DNA of 57,562 nt from Candidatus Adlerbacteria bacterium RIFCSPLOWO2_01_FULL_51_16 (GCA_001775485.1 MEWX01000003.1:1-57562); one strand, 5' to 3'. Shown: positions 28,496-37,766, counted from the first letter of the stretch. Program-made: numbers and translations. Notes: a model not told the origin generated them from the letters alone.

Positions 28496-29373
28496 AACGT
28501 TGATTCATAGGACTGCCTTATCAAATCCAAAACGTATGACACATCGTCTTTGGATTTTAATTTGATTCTTCCTTTGTAGCCCCATTCAAAGGAGCTAATA
28601 TCTTTTATCATCCCTTTCGGGTCAATTTTGTGGTCATAACGGGAATCTCGTACTAAAACGTCTATATAGCTCTTGCCGAACTCAAAGCGCACAAAACTCT
28701 TTGTGGTACGGTAGGTAATACCTACTTTTTGGTCTGCTTTTTCTTCGACGTTCGCCCATTTCTTTATTTCTTCTTGCAACGCATAAAAAATTGCCTTAAC
28801 GTCGTCGTTAACATTACTCAAATGGTAATCAACATTGTAAGCCCCCTCCTCTTTTCTCTTTGTAGTTTCGGCAACAGGCTTTACTGTCTCGGAGCTATAC
28901 ATTGTTTCCAAGAACAAAATATCGGAGCTGTATGGAGTGTACTTTATCAATTCGACACTGTTTTTTACTTGGCGCGCTGCCGAAAGAGTGTAACGGTCAA
29001 AACCTTGGGCAATGAGTATAAGTCGAGGACTGTCCCAAATAACCTTGCTTTCCTTACCGAGTTTATCTGCTACTAATAAATCAAATAGACGCTTATTTTC
29101 CTTGAGCCAATCAATATAGAAAAGTCCTTGGGATAGAATGTTATCCTTTTCTCCCCACTTATATTCGATAATGACTGGTGTGCCCGTCTCATCAATCGCC
29201 AACGTATCAATGCGTCCATCCTTTGTTTTATACTCATTTCCTAAAAAGCGCAGTCCCAGCAAACTTTCAAGATTTTCTGCAAAAAAATCTCGCAAAGCCG
29301 CTTCGTCCTTAAATTGGCGAAGGTCAACTGGAACTTGATGGGCTTTCTTACTTTTGATTTGAAAGAGTGCCAT
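28492..29373 (-). CDS. NucS/DUF91-like PD-(D/E)xK nuclease-fold protein with DUF5655-like C-terminal domain
   Basis: 293 aa. KDGRIDTLAIDETGTPVIIEYKWGE gives D...D...ExK (D56/D61, E70, K72). The C-terminal half (ITYRTTKSFVRFEFGKSYIDVLV...) resembles the domain usually fused to DUF91. Family assignment is from memory only. Confidence 0.55.
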   Translation of the reverse strand: MALFQIKSKKAHQVPVDLRQFKDEAALRDFFAENLESLLGLRFLGNEYKTKDGRIDTLAIDETGTPVIIEYKWGEKDNILSQGLFYIDWLKENKRLFDLLVADKLGKESKVIWDSPRLILIAQGFDRYTLSAARQVKNSVELIKYTPYSSDILFLETMYSSETVKPVAETTKRKEEGAYNVDYHLSNVNDDVKAIFYALQEEIKKWANVEEKADQKVGITYRTTKSFVRFEFGKSYIDVLVRDSRYDHKIDPKGMIKDISSFEWGYKGRIKLKSKDDVSYVLDLIRQSYESTL

Positions 29374-29374
29374 A

Positions 29375-31984
29375 TTAGTTTGCTAAAGATTGACTTATAA
29401 ATTGTTGGTAACTCTCGACTTCCTTGTATTTCACTTCAATGACTTCAAAATGCTTCTTGGCAGAACTGATTTTGGCTTGTTCAGATGGTCGGAGATTACC
29501 AATATCGCCCTTCGTTTCAATCACAAAATAAACGCGCTCCCTTTCTTCATTCCCCTGCAAGTCGCGTTTGGCAGTAACGATTGCCCAGTCGGGATTGTAG
29601 CCGCCAACGGGAGTTTCAACTTTGAACCAGTTAGGCAACTTGATGAACAGTTTAATACGCTCGTCGCTGTCCAGTTCAACCGCGAAATTCTTTTCAACAT
29701 CAGAGTCATACACCACCGCGTCATAGATGGAGTTCTTCACGGGCTGAATTACGTCCTTGTAGCTTGGAATGTGCTCGAATTGGCTTACAGAGTAATTGTC
29801 GGAAACAATTTCATAACGAACTTGGTCAACATAATCCTTGAGCAATCCTTCTTTGATGATGCGTGATACTTCAAAGCAAAATCTTTCAGGGTTATTTAGA
29901 AACGCACTAACGTTATTAGCTTTAGTAAGAATCGCGGCAACAGTTTGACGCGTCAGTTTAGTTTCGTTCTTAATCAGCTCAACACAATCAATGACTCGGC
30001 TCATTTGACTTAGGTCTTCGGCTCTTGTGCCAATAACTCGTGCCGTAACTCCGCCTTTGCCAATATCAACACCAGCACGCTCAACCCGAACTTGCGGCTT
30101 GGCAATTCTTAATTGTTGAATCCTTGCGGCGCAACTCTCAACAAGGCGCTCACTGTTTACCTTCACAAAATACCTCGTCTTCTTCGATATACGCTCCCAG
30201 ATGGCACTAAAGTCGTTGTCCTTATCAAAACCTTTCTTGAGCTTCACTGTATGCTTACGCTTGGCGTTATAAGGCAACGGCGGGGCTTTGTAGATGCCAT
30301 CCTCAACCAACTCGCCTTGGAGTTGCCCAACATACTCTGCGTAGCTTTCATTGGCAACAACGGAGAGCAAATTGACGTTTTTTAGAAAGACGCGCTCGCC
30401 GTCCTGATTGACGCATAGACGCATACCGCGTCCAATCTCTTGCCGCTTGCGAATGGTTGAGATGGTTTCCCGTAGTGTGCAGATATTGAAAATGTTTGGA
30501 TTGTCCCACCCCTCCTTGAGCGCGGAGTGAGAGAAGATAAACTCGGTTGGCTCATCAAAAGAAAGAAGCCGCTCCTTGTCTTTCATTATCAGCTCGTATG
30601 CTTCTTGGTTCTCGGCAATACTTGATTCTCTTTCAAGATATTCTTCGCCGCGCTTGGCGAAATAACCCTTGTGCACGTGGTCAGCATCCAGCGCCTTCAG
30701 TTTGTATTCATCTTTGAGGCGATTGAACTCTTTAACAAATGTTTTGCGAATGTAGCCGTCTGATTGAACATAATTATCAACTTTGTCTATAAAGAACAAA
30801 GAGAGCACTTTAATGTCCATCTCTCGCAACTGCTCCCGCTTTTCAAAATGGCGGCGTATGGTTTGTTCAATCTGCTCACGCATTACTTGTTCGCGGTTAC
30901 CTCCGATTCCTTCGCCCTGCTTAATTTCGATATGGTTACGAAAACGAATCTTGCCAAACTGCCCGATGTCGGGAGCATCTGCATCAAGCGCTTCCACGAT
31001 GTAACCCTCATACACATCGTTATTGGTCTTCTGCGCCAAGTCATCACCTTGCTTGAGCATTAGGCGCTTCTTTTTAGGGTTGCCGCTCGCGTCTTTCGCT
31101 ATTGCTTCAACTTTCGCCTTAATAACTTTGCCTGCCGCAACAGATGATAGGTTAAGGTAGGGACGGGATATGCCCGTGTCATCGTCAGTAACAGAATACA
31201 CCTCAATCTTCTTCACCAGTCCCAGTTGGTAAGCATCAAAGGGTGTGAGCTGATACATCAAGTTGTAGAGATTACGGTGCGTTGCAGAATAGCGAAGGCG
31301 GAATAACGAGTTAAAGTTTTTGAGTCCCTCTTTTGTTGCTTCGCCCTCCATATTCTGCGGCTCATCAAGAATCAGAATTGGATTGGTCTTTTGGATAAAA
31401 CTTATCGGTTGCTCACCCTGCATCTGGTCTCGCGCGGCGTAAAGCACATTCTTATCGCTGTTGAACGCTCCAACTGTCATCACCATTATGTTGATGTTGC
31501 TTGAGTCGGCGAAATGTTTTACCTGTGAGATATTTTTTGATTGGTATTCATAGAAGCGATATGGGACGTTATCGTATAGCTCGGCAAAATGTTCTTTGGT
31601 AATTTGGAGCGCTTTCATAACCCCTTCGCGGATGGCGACAGAAGGAACTAAGATAATAAACTTTTTCCATCCAAAGCGTTTGTTGAGTTCAAAAATGGTG
31701 CGGAGATAAACATAGGTTTTACCCGTGCCCGTTTCCATCTCAATCGAAAAGTCAAAGTCATCAACCACGCCACCATTGGTAATCTTGTTACGCTCCTGCA
31801 CTTTGTGAACGTTATTAAGAATCTCCTCTTGGGAGAGCGTGAGGTAGTTTGGATAGATGCCCAAAAGTCCGCTCCCAGCAATTATTTTACTTGCCGTTGC
31901 TTTCTCTTGTCCTTCAAAAGCATCAACGATAGCGTTGATTGCTTCAATCTGAAAATCTTGGTTGGCATCAAACTTAAACTTCAT
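29375..31984 (-). CDS. res: Type III restriction enzyme, Res subunit (SF2 helicase + PD-ExK nuclease)
   Basis: 869 aa; motif I METGTGKTY, motif II LILDEPQNMEG, C-terminal nuclease NPDWAIV...YFVIETKGD. ATGA overlap with the mod stop. Confidence 0.88.
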   Translation of the reverse strand: MKFKFDANQDFQIEAINAIVDAFEGQEKATASKIIAGSGLLGIYPNYLTLSQEEILNNVHKVQERNKITNGGVVDDFDFSIEMETGTGKTYVYLRTIFELNKRFGWKKFIILVPSVAIREGVMKALQITKEHFAELYDNVPYRFYEYQSKNISQVKHFADSSNINIMVMTVGAFNSDKNVLYAARDQMQGEQPISFIQKTNPILILDEPQNMEGEATKEGLKNFNSLFRLRYSATHRNLYNLMYQLTPFDAYQLGLVKKIEVYSVTDDDTGISRPYLNLSSVAAGKVIKAKVEAIAKDASGNPKKKRLMLKQGDDLAQKTNNDVYEGYIVEALDADAPDIGQFGKIRFRNHIEIKQGEGIGGNREQVMREQIEQTIRRHFEKREQLREMDIKVLSLFFIDKVDNYVQSDGYIRKTFVKEFNRLKDEYKLKALDADHVHKGYFAKRGEEYLERESSIAENQEAYELIMKDKERLLSFDEPTEFIFSHSALKEGWDNPNIFNICTLRETISTIRKRQEIGRGMRLCVNQDGERVFLKNVNLLSVVANESYAEYVGQLQGELVEDGIYKAPPLPYNAKRKHTVKLKKGFDKDNDFSAIWERISKKTRYFVKVNSERLVESCAARIQQLRIAKPQVRVERAGVDIGKGGVTARVIGTRAEDLSQMSRVIDCVELIKNETKLTRQTVAAILTKANNVSAFLNNPERFCFEVSRIIKEGLLKDYVDQVRYEIVSDNYSVSQFEHIPSYKDVIQPVKNSIYDAVVYDSDVEKNFAVELDSDERIKLFIKLPNWFKVETPVGGYNPDWAIVTAKRDLQGNEERERVYFVIETKGDIGNLRPSEQAKISSAKKHFEVIEVKYKEVESYQQFISQSLAN

Positions 31985-33723
31985 ATTGTTTTTAATTCCA
32001 CGTTCAGCCCAAGATTTGCTTTAGCGCTGTCATCGAGGGCACTATCCAAGCAAATAAAGACCTTCCCTTTATAATTCTTGCCCGTTAGTTCGCTTACGGT
32101 CTTATCGTCAATCTTCTTGTCGAGGCATACCAAAAGTCGTTTCTCGCCATCGGAAACAACATAAACATCATTCTTCCCAAGTTTAGTTTCGTTGACTTTA
32201 GAGTTCAGAGAAAGCCCTTCTTTGACAATGTTCTCATAAACCATATCAACGGCTTTGGTATCATCAAACAGTTTAGCTTGCTTGGCTTTTGCGAGATAAC
32301 TTTCAAATGTCTTCTTGTTCTCCTCCTCGGATTTTGTGGGGTCAAACTCAAAAGCATTTTCAGGGTAGTTAGATTCAGCAAGTTTGAATGTCTTGAAAGT
32401 TGCCTCAATCTGTTTGAGGCGGTCTTTGGCAATATCTGCGACGGTATTATGCCCAGATTTATAATCTGGGCTTTTCACATCAACTACCTCTGGCAACTGA
32501 ACTAAAATAAACTTTCTTGAACCCGTGTCAGCGTAATTTTGCTCCAACACTGCTTCCGCCGTTGAACCAGAACCAGCAAAAAAATCGAGCACGAGAGCGT
32601 TTTTATCATTAACAACTTGAAGCATCCTTTGGATAAGTTTAGGATTCTTGCCACCATTTTTTATCCAAGTTGAATCCGATTCAATAACATCCGTCCAGTT
32701 GGTATCAAGATTAGTTTCTTCGCTTGCGGGTAATCTATATTGCGGCTTACTAGTATTCGGAGATAAACGCAAATCGCCAGCATCAATCATTGTCATTGCT
32801 CTTTCCTTCTCATACATCCAATGCCTACCTGTCGGCGGCTTCTGCCCAAATAATTCGTATTCCATTGTTGGTCGCACCCCTGGCGCATCAAATGCGTGCC
32901 ATCGTTCCTCCTTCTTTTGATACTTTTTAGGAGGCACTACTAAAGTAGCGTCGCTTTTTGCGTAGCATAAAATGTAACCTACCCCTTGATTGAGGGCTTT
33001 TACTGTGTCAGTTTCTTGGATATTCTTTTTTACTCTTGAAACAAAAATTGCATTTCTAAAGTTTTCTTCACCAAACACTTCGTCCATTATCATTCGCAAA
33101 TGGTGAGCTTCGTTATCGTCAATGCTTACGAAAATAATGCCGTCATCGCGTAGTAGATTCCACGCCAACTTAAGGCGCGGATACATCATTGAAATCCAAT
33201 CGCTGTGATAACGTCCGCTTGTTTCTCGATTCGTGGTCAAGCTCGCACCGTTCCCGTCTTTCTGTCCTGTTTGCTTGAGGTAATTTGAGAGAGGCGCGGA
33301 GAAATCATCGTGATACACAAAGTCGCCGCCAGTGTTGTATGGAGGGTCAATGTATATCATTTTTACCTGCTCAAAGTATGCCTTCTGAAGAAGTTTGAGG
33401 ACTTCAAGATTGTCGCCTTCAATAAAGAGGTTCTCACTTTCATCGAACTTCACGCTCTCATCTTTGACGGGACGAAGCGTAGCTTTGCTTGGAATCAAGA
33501 CATTCTTGATGGCGTTACTTTTGCCAGCCCAAGAAAAGTTAAACTTCTCGATTCGTTCATCAATCGCACTACCAAGAACGGCTCGGAGTTTGTCCCAGTC
33601 AATCTTATTCTCACTAAATGCTTCGGGGAGGACTTTGTGCAACTCCACTAACTTCTCCTCGGAAAGATTTGAGGAGGTGAGATTTACTTTTTTGTGATTC
33701 TTTTTTGATGTATCCATATCCAT
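31981..33723 (-). CDS. mod: Type III DNA methyltransferase, Mod subunit (beta-class N6A/N4C)
   Basis: 580 aa; IYIDPPYNTGGDF (motif IV) precedes LDFFAGSGSTAEAV (motif I), the beta-class order typical of Type III Mod. Confidence 0.88.
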   Translation of the reverse strand: MDMDTSKKNHKKVNLTSSNLSEEKLVELHKVLPEAFSENKIDWDKLRAVLGSAIDERIEKFNFSWAGKSNAIKNVLIPSKATLRPVKDESVKFDESENLFIEGDNLEVLKLLQKAYFEQVKMIYIDPPYNTGGDFVYHDDFSAPLSNYLKQTGQKDGNGASLTTNRETSGRYHSDWISMMYPRLKLAWNLLRDDGIIFVSIDDNEAHHLRMIMDEVFGEENFRNAIFVSRVKKNIQETDTVKALNQGVGYILCYAKSDATLVVPPKKYQKKEERWHAFDAPGVRPTMEYELFGQKPPTGRHWMYEKERAMTMIDAGDLRLSPNTSKPQYRLPASEETNLDTNWTDVIESDSTWIKNGGKNPKLIQRMLQVVNDKNALVLDFFAGSGSTAEAVLEQNYADTGSRKFILVQLPEVVDVKSPDYKSGHNTVADIAKDRLKQIEATFKTFKLAESNYPENAFEFDPTKSEEENKKTFESYLAKAKQAKLFDDTKAVDMVYENIVKEGLSLNSKVNETKLGKNDVYVVSDGEKRLLVCLDKKIDDKTVSELTGKNYKGKVFICLDSALDDSAKANLGLNVELKTI

Positions 33724-33736
33724 TTCAAATTAGGGC

Positions 33737-33967
33737 TTACTTCTTTTTTCTCCGAAATTTTGCTACCTCGACTTGGAAGTTAGCGTTGTCCCGAAGAAAC
33801 TTCTCGTAGGATTCTTTAGGGATTCGCCAGTAACCAATCTTTATTGCGTGTAGCCGCTCATCTTCAATATAGCGAAGGATGCTTCGTGGATGGACTCTTA
33901 ACTTATCGGCTACTTCACGGAGAGTATAAAAATCTCGTTCTTCTTTTGGTTGTTTGGGTTTGCGCAT
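33737..33967 (-). CDS. excisionase-family/MerR-like HTH DNA-binding protein
   Basis: 76 aa; FYTLREVADKLRVHPRSILRYIEDERLHAIKIGYWRIPKESYEKFL. Lies 13 nt upstream of mod. Confidence 0.7.
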   Translation of the reverse strand: MRKPKQPKEERDFYTLREVADKLRVHPRSILRYIEDERLHAIKIGYWRIPKESYEKFLRDNANFQVEVAKFRRKKK

Positions 33968-34034
33968 ACAAGAACAGTTTACCGCATTTTTTGTAACTGT
34001 GCAAATGTGTACACTTGTGATAAAATGATTTTAT
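33968..34034. promoter_or_regulatory. divergent promoter/operator region of the element
   Basis: Minus strand: -35 TTGCAC (34004-33999), 17-nt spacer, -10 TAAACT (33981-33976), ATG 8 nt later. Plus strand: extended -10 TGATAAAAT (34018-34026), ATG 8 nt later. Perfect palindrome GTGTACAC at 34007-34014 lies between them. Confidence 0.5.
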
Positions 34035-34775
34035 ATGGAAATGGATATGGCAACCACAACACAAGAAAAAGACATCCAAGCTATTGCCGACATCATCCAG
34101 CAGCACTACCTTGCCAGTGGAGATGAGTCAGTTGGCGTACCCGTGAAATACTTTGAGCAAAAGAGCTTTGGGCATCACGACGTCAAGATTGCTTTATCAA
34201 TTCTCACAAAGAGTGGGGCTGTCCAGAATTATCATCGTTGCTGGGGACATAACGATATAGATAAACAAAGTGGCACTGTGTCATTCACGGAAGTTGATAC
34301 AAAAGAGCCCAAAGAGAAGTTTGAGGGGGTTGTTCAAGCATTTGAGGCGTATCACATACTCATTAAGTCGGACATCCTAAAACAGCTTGCGCAGCCCTCA
34401 AAAAAGAGTGCTCGCTCAAGCAAAGCGAAGGAAGATGTTGCTATACAGCTTTTTCTTGATAATGACGGCGATTTATATAAAGAGCCCAAAAAATCATATT
34501 GCTACCCACTACTCCAAAACAAAGAGCCATTAAAGTTGATTCTTTACTTCATCAAAAACCCGAATCGTAGCTATGAAGAATCAACCCAAATGATTGCGCT
34601 ATCGCTGGAAAAAGACCCTCAATACTTGAGAGCCGAAATTGGCAAGATAAATCGCATTGCCTTAAATCGGCTCGGTTTAGGTAAGGAAAAATTGATACAA
34701 GCAAAACAAAACAGTGGCTACCGATTGAATCCAAAGATAAAAATTACTGCTGAAAAAGAGATACTCCTAAGATAA
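34035..34775 (+). CDS. hypothetical protein with C-terminal winged-helix-like segment (putative element regulator)
   Basis: 246 aa. The C-terminus ...IGKINRIALNRLGLGKEKLIQAKQNSGYRLNPKI resembles OmpR/CadC-type wHTH ends. Confidence 0.5.
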   Translation: MEMDMATTTQEKDIQAIADIIQQHYLASGDESVGVPVKYFEQKSFGHHDVKIALSILTKSGAVQNYHRCWGHNDIDKQSGTVSFTEVDTKEPKEKFEGVVQAFEAYHILIKSDILKQLAQPSKKSARSSKAKEDVAIQLFLDNDGDLYKEPKKSYCYPLLQNKEPLKLILYFIKNPNRSYEESTQMIALSLEKDPQYLRAEIGKINRIALNRLGLGKEKLIQAKQNSGYRLNPKIKITAEKEILLR

Positions 34776-34805
34776 CCATAGATACTGTGGACAAGTTCGA
34801 GTAAG

Positions 34806-34830
34806 GCAGCTCAAAACGAGCTGCTTTTTT
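34806..34830 (+). terminator. intrinsic terminator
   Basis: GCAGCTC-aaaac-GAGCTGC followed by T6. Confidence 0.75.
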
Positions 34831-34891
34831 CGTTTCAAAAACTACCTTCGGATTATGTTCGGCTACGGCACGCGACTGTTAAGTTTTCTGT

Positions 34892-35143
34892 ATGAAGTCA
34901 AATACAGAAAGCCAAGTCGCAATTTCTGATTTAGGACTCGCAGCGCTATTGGTAACTCTCCAATTCGAACTGGTTAGTTTGGAGAGAACGAGCGAAAAGC
35001 GAGTTGACTTCGTATTCGCAAACTCGAAAGAGGTCGAACGAGCAATCGCGGATTTTTGGGAAGACAAGAATGTAAACGTCCCGATTCAAACGCTGTTCAA
35101 TAACTTTCGTCTTCTGAAGAATCGCCTTTACGCCTTCAAATAA
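34892..35143 (+). CDS. small hypothetical protein (phage/element-type; possibly DUF5659-like)
   Basis: 83 aa ORF in the element's plus-strand module. Family guess is from memory only. Confidence 0.45.
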   Translation: MKSNTESQVAISDLGLAALLVTLQFELVSLERTSEKRVDFVFANSKEVERAIADFWEDKNVNVPIQTLFNNFRLLKNRLYAFK

Positions 35144-35144
35144 T

Positions 35145-35327
35145 ATGCGCCTCAAGCCAGAACAATTTGAGCGTTTGAGAAAGCCATTCGATAAGTATGG
35201 GGCATTTGAGGGGCGTACGAAGGATGAAGTCGAAGAAATACTCAATGGCGTGATGAATTATTACCTCACACTCGCAAATATAAACCTCCGCTTAAAGCGG
35301 GAAGAAAAAAACAATGGAACAAAATAA
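35145..35327 (+). CDS. small hypothetical protein
   Basis: 60 aa; starts 2 nt after the previous stop and overlaps the PrimPol ORF start. Confidence 0.4.
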   Translation: MRLKPEQFERLRKPFDKYGAFEGRTKDEVEEILNGVMNYYLTLANINLRLKREEKNNGTK

Positions 35328-37374
35328 TATGGAAACAAATAATCAAATCTTAGAAGCTGCTTTACACTACGCTGAACTTGGCTTGTCAGTCATACCTGTT
35401 GGGCGAGATAAAAAACCCCTCATCGAATGGAAGAAGTACCAAGAAGAGCGCGCATCACAAGAACAAATTAAAGAATGGTGGGCACAATTTCCAGACGTAA
35501 ATGTTGGAGTCGTAACGGGTAAAATATCTGGGATTGTTGTCGTGGATGTTGAATCTGGTGGCGATGTGAAGAATCTGCCGCCCACTGTCATATCAAAAAC
35601 GGGGGGTGGTGGCTGGCACTGTTTCTACTTGTACCCTAATCTGCCAGTCCAAAATGGTGTGAGAGTACGAGAGTTGACCGACATTAGAGGAGATGGTGGG
35701 TATGTTGTGATGCCGCCATCACTCCACAAATCTGGGAATCGGTATGAATGGTTAGTCTCGCCAAACGATGCGGATTTTGCCGAATTGCCAGAATGGGTAT
35801 TACAAAAAACTTCAAAACAAAAGCAGAAAACCAATTGGCAAGAGTTCATCTCAAGGGAAAATCCAAATGGCGCAAGGAATATGAGCGCGACACAGCTTGC
35901 GGGCAAGTTGCTCTATCACATACCGATAGAGTTTTGGGATGTTTCTGGTTGGGCAACGATGAAAGAGTGGAATGCACAAAACAATCAACCACCATTGACC
36001 GAGGGTGAATTGAGAGGAGTTTGGGATAGTATCAAGAAATTGGAACTTGGAAGACGGGAAAAGGCATCATCAACTCCAACGGCACCTACCAAACGCGTTT
36101 TTGAAGCGCCGATGGGAGCAGATGTAACGTTTGCGGAATGGCGCGAGACAGTCCAACGAAACTTTCCAGAACTGGTATTCCCTGCGGAGGTTTCCCTTGC
36201 TGTCGTATCTCAAATACTTATTACAGAAATCACCAATCCTTTCGCATTGGTGCTTGTAGATGTGCCTGCATCGGGAAAAACGATAACGTTGAACTTTTTT
36301 GCTGAAATTGAAGGACTTTCGTATGCGACTGATAAGTTTACACCTGCCTCATTTGTATCAAATGCAGCAAACGTGAAAAAGAAAGACCTTCAAGAAGTAG
36401 ATTTACTTCCGCGCATACAGTACAAAACTCTGCTTGTCCGCGACTTTGCAACTTTATTTTCCAAGCGGGATGACGACTTAGCTGAATTGATGGGATTGCT
36501 CACGCGCGTCCTTGATGGCGAGGGATTAAATACTGATTCAGGAGTACACGGCAAGCGGCACTACGTTGGAGAGTACCTTTTTATGATGCTGGGCGCATCA
36601 ACGCCTATACCTCCAAAAGTCTGGAAACTAATGGGCGCCCTCGGTTCACGTTTATTCTTCTTAAAAATGAATGCGCAGGACAAATCAGAAGAGGAGTTGA
36701 TAGAACAGCTTGTTACTCAAACAGCTAAAAATAAAGAGCGGGAATGCCGAACAATTACAAAGGACTTTCTCTACACTCTTTGGCGTAAGTATCCGAATGG
36801 TTTTGATTGGGATAGGGCAAAGGATAAAAAAGAATTTCTTGCAGTTATCGTTCGTTGCGCTCAACTTCTTGCGCACTTACGAGGCAATATAAATGTTTGG
36901 AAGGAGTGGGACGAGGAAGGCAGAGTGTACAACTACAACCCGCCCACTATTGAAAAGCCAGACCGCATTAACCAACTTCTATACAACCTTGCTCGTGGAC
37001 ACGCATTAGTGTGCGGCAGAACGCAAATCAATGAGGATGATTTGAAATTGGTTATTGAAATAGCGACTGATAGCGCTCCCACCATACGCTCGAAGCTGTT
37101 TCGGAAACTGCTTGAAAAGAATGGGGTGATGAGCACGGGAGAAGTCGAGATAGCGCTTGATTGTTCCAAACCAACCGCATTAAAGGAGATGGAAACGCTA
37201 AAGTTTTTGGGCATTTGCTACTTCGCATCAAACAGTTATGGACAGGTCGGCGAACCAGAAAAAGAGATACACCTTGTCGAAGCATTCAAGTGGTTTCTGG
37301 GTGAAGAATGTATACGGCTTCGAGGTATCCCCCTGCCACCGAAGCAAGAACAGCTACTTGGAGGCGATGGGTAA
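35314..37374 (+). CDS. bifunctional primase-polymerase (PrimPol) N-terminal domain fused to a P-loop NTPase-like C-terminal region
   Basis: 686 aa. LGLSVIPVGRDKKPLIEWKKYQ, VGVVTG..SGIVVVDVE (DxE-type), GGGGWHCFY, IRGDGGYVVMPPSLH. Later LVLVDVPASGKT (Walker A-like). Confidence 0.8.
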   Translation: MEQNNMETNNQILEAALHYAELGLSVIPVGRDKKPLIEWKKYQEERASQEQIKEWWAQFPDVNVGVVTGKISGIVVVDVESGGDVKNLPPTVISKTGGGGWHCFYLYPNLPVQNGVRVRELTDIRGDGGYVVMPPSLHKSGNRYEWLVSPNDADFAELPEWVLQKTSKQKQKTNWQEFISRENPNGARNMSATQLAGKLLYHIPIEFWDVSGWATMKEWNAQNNQPPLTEGELRGVWDSIKKLELGRREKASSTPTAPTKRVFEAPMGADVTFAEWRETVQRNFPELVFPAEVSLAVVSQILITEITNPFALVLVDVPASGKTITLNFFAEIEGLSYATDKFTPASFVSNAANVKKKDLQEVDLLPRIQYKTLLVRDFATLFSKRDDDLAELMGLLTRVLDGEGLNTDSGVHGKRHYVGEYLFMMLGASTPIPPKVWKLMGALGSRLFFLKMNAQDKSEEELIEQLVTQTAKNKERECRTITKDFLYTLWRKYPNGFDWDRAKDKKEFLAVIVRCAQLLAHLRGNINVWKEWDEEGRVYNYNPPTIEKPDRINQLLYNLARGHALVCGRTQINEDDLKLVIEIATDSAPTIRSKLFRKLLEKNGVMSTGEVEIALDCSKPTALKEMETLKFLGICYFASNSYGQVGEPEKEIHLVEAFKWFLGEECIRLRGIPLPPKQEQLLGGDG

Positions 37375-37438
37375 TCAATAAAGCGAATCTGACGCTGTGC
37401 ATAAAGGTCGAAAATTAACAACAATAAACATTAAATCT

Positions 37439-37693
37439 ATGGAAGAAAAAGGAATTGTGTTTAGTATCGTGTTTGATGAGGAGGAAGTTCAGAGTTTCGC
37501 GGAAGCAAACTTTGAGCGAGAACTGACAGAGCTGGAGTTGAACCGAATGAAAATGCACTGGTACGAAGATGGCGCTGCGTATGGGGCAAGAACGGAACTG
37601 CTGGCAAGCGCTATAAAAATGGCGATAAATACAAAGGATTACAATTTCGAGCGAACGGATAGAGATTATTTGGAAAGTGGTGGCGGGAAGTAG
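37439..37693 (+). CDS. small hypothetical protein
   Basis: Track ORF 37397..37693 starts with GTG. The ATG at 37439 (MEEKGIVFSIVFDEEE...) is preferred. Confidence 0.4.
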   Translation: MEEKGIVFSIVFDEEEVQSFAEANFERELTELELNRMKMHWYEDGAAYGARTELLASAIKMAINTKDYNFERTDRDYLESGGGK

Positions 37694-37731
37694 TGCTGTT
37701 TCTTGAGCTGAAACGTAGTGTGGATAGCACC

Positions 37732-37759
37732 TTGACACAAATGTACACCTTGCTATACT
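37732..37759 (+). promoter_or_regulatory. near-consensus sigma-70 promoter
   Basis: TTGACA (37732-37737), 16-nt spacer, TATACT (37754-37759). Confidence 0.6.
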
Positions 37760-37766
37760 GGTAACG

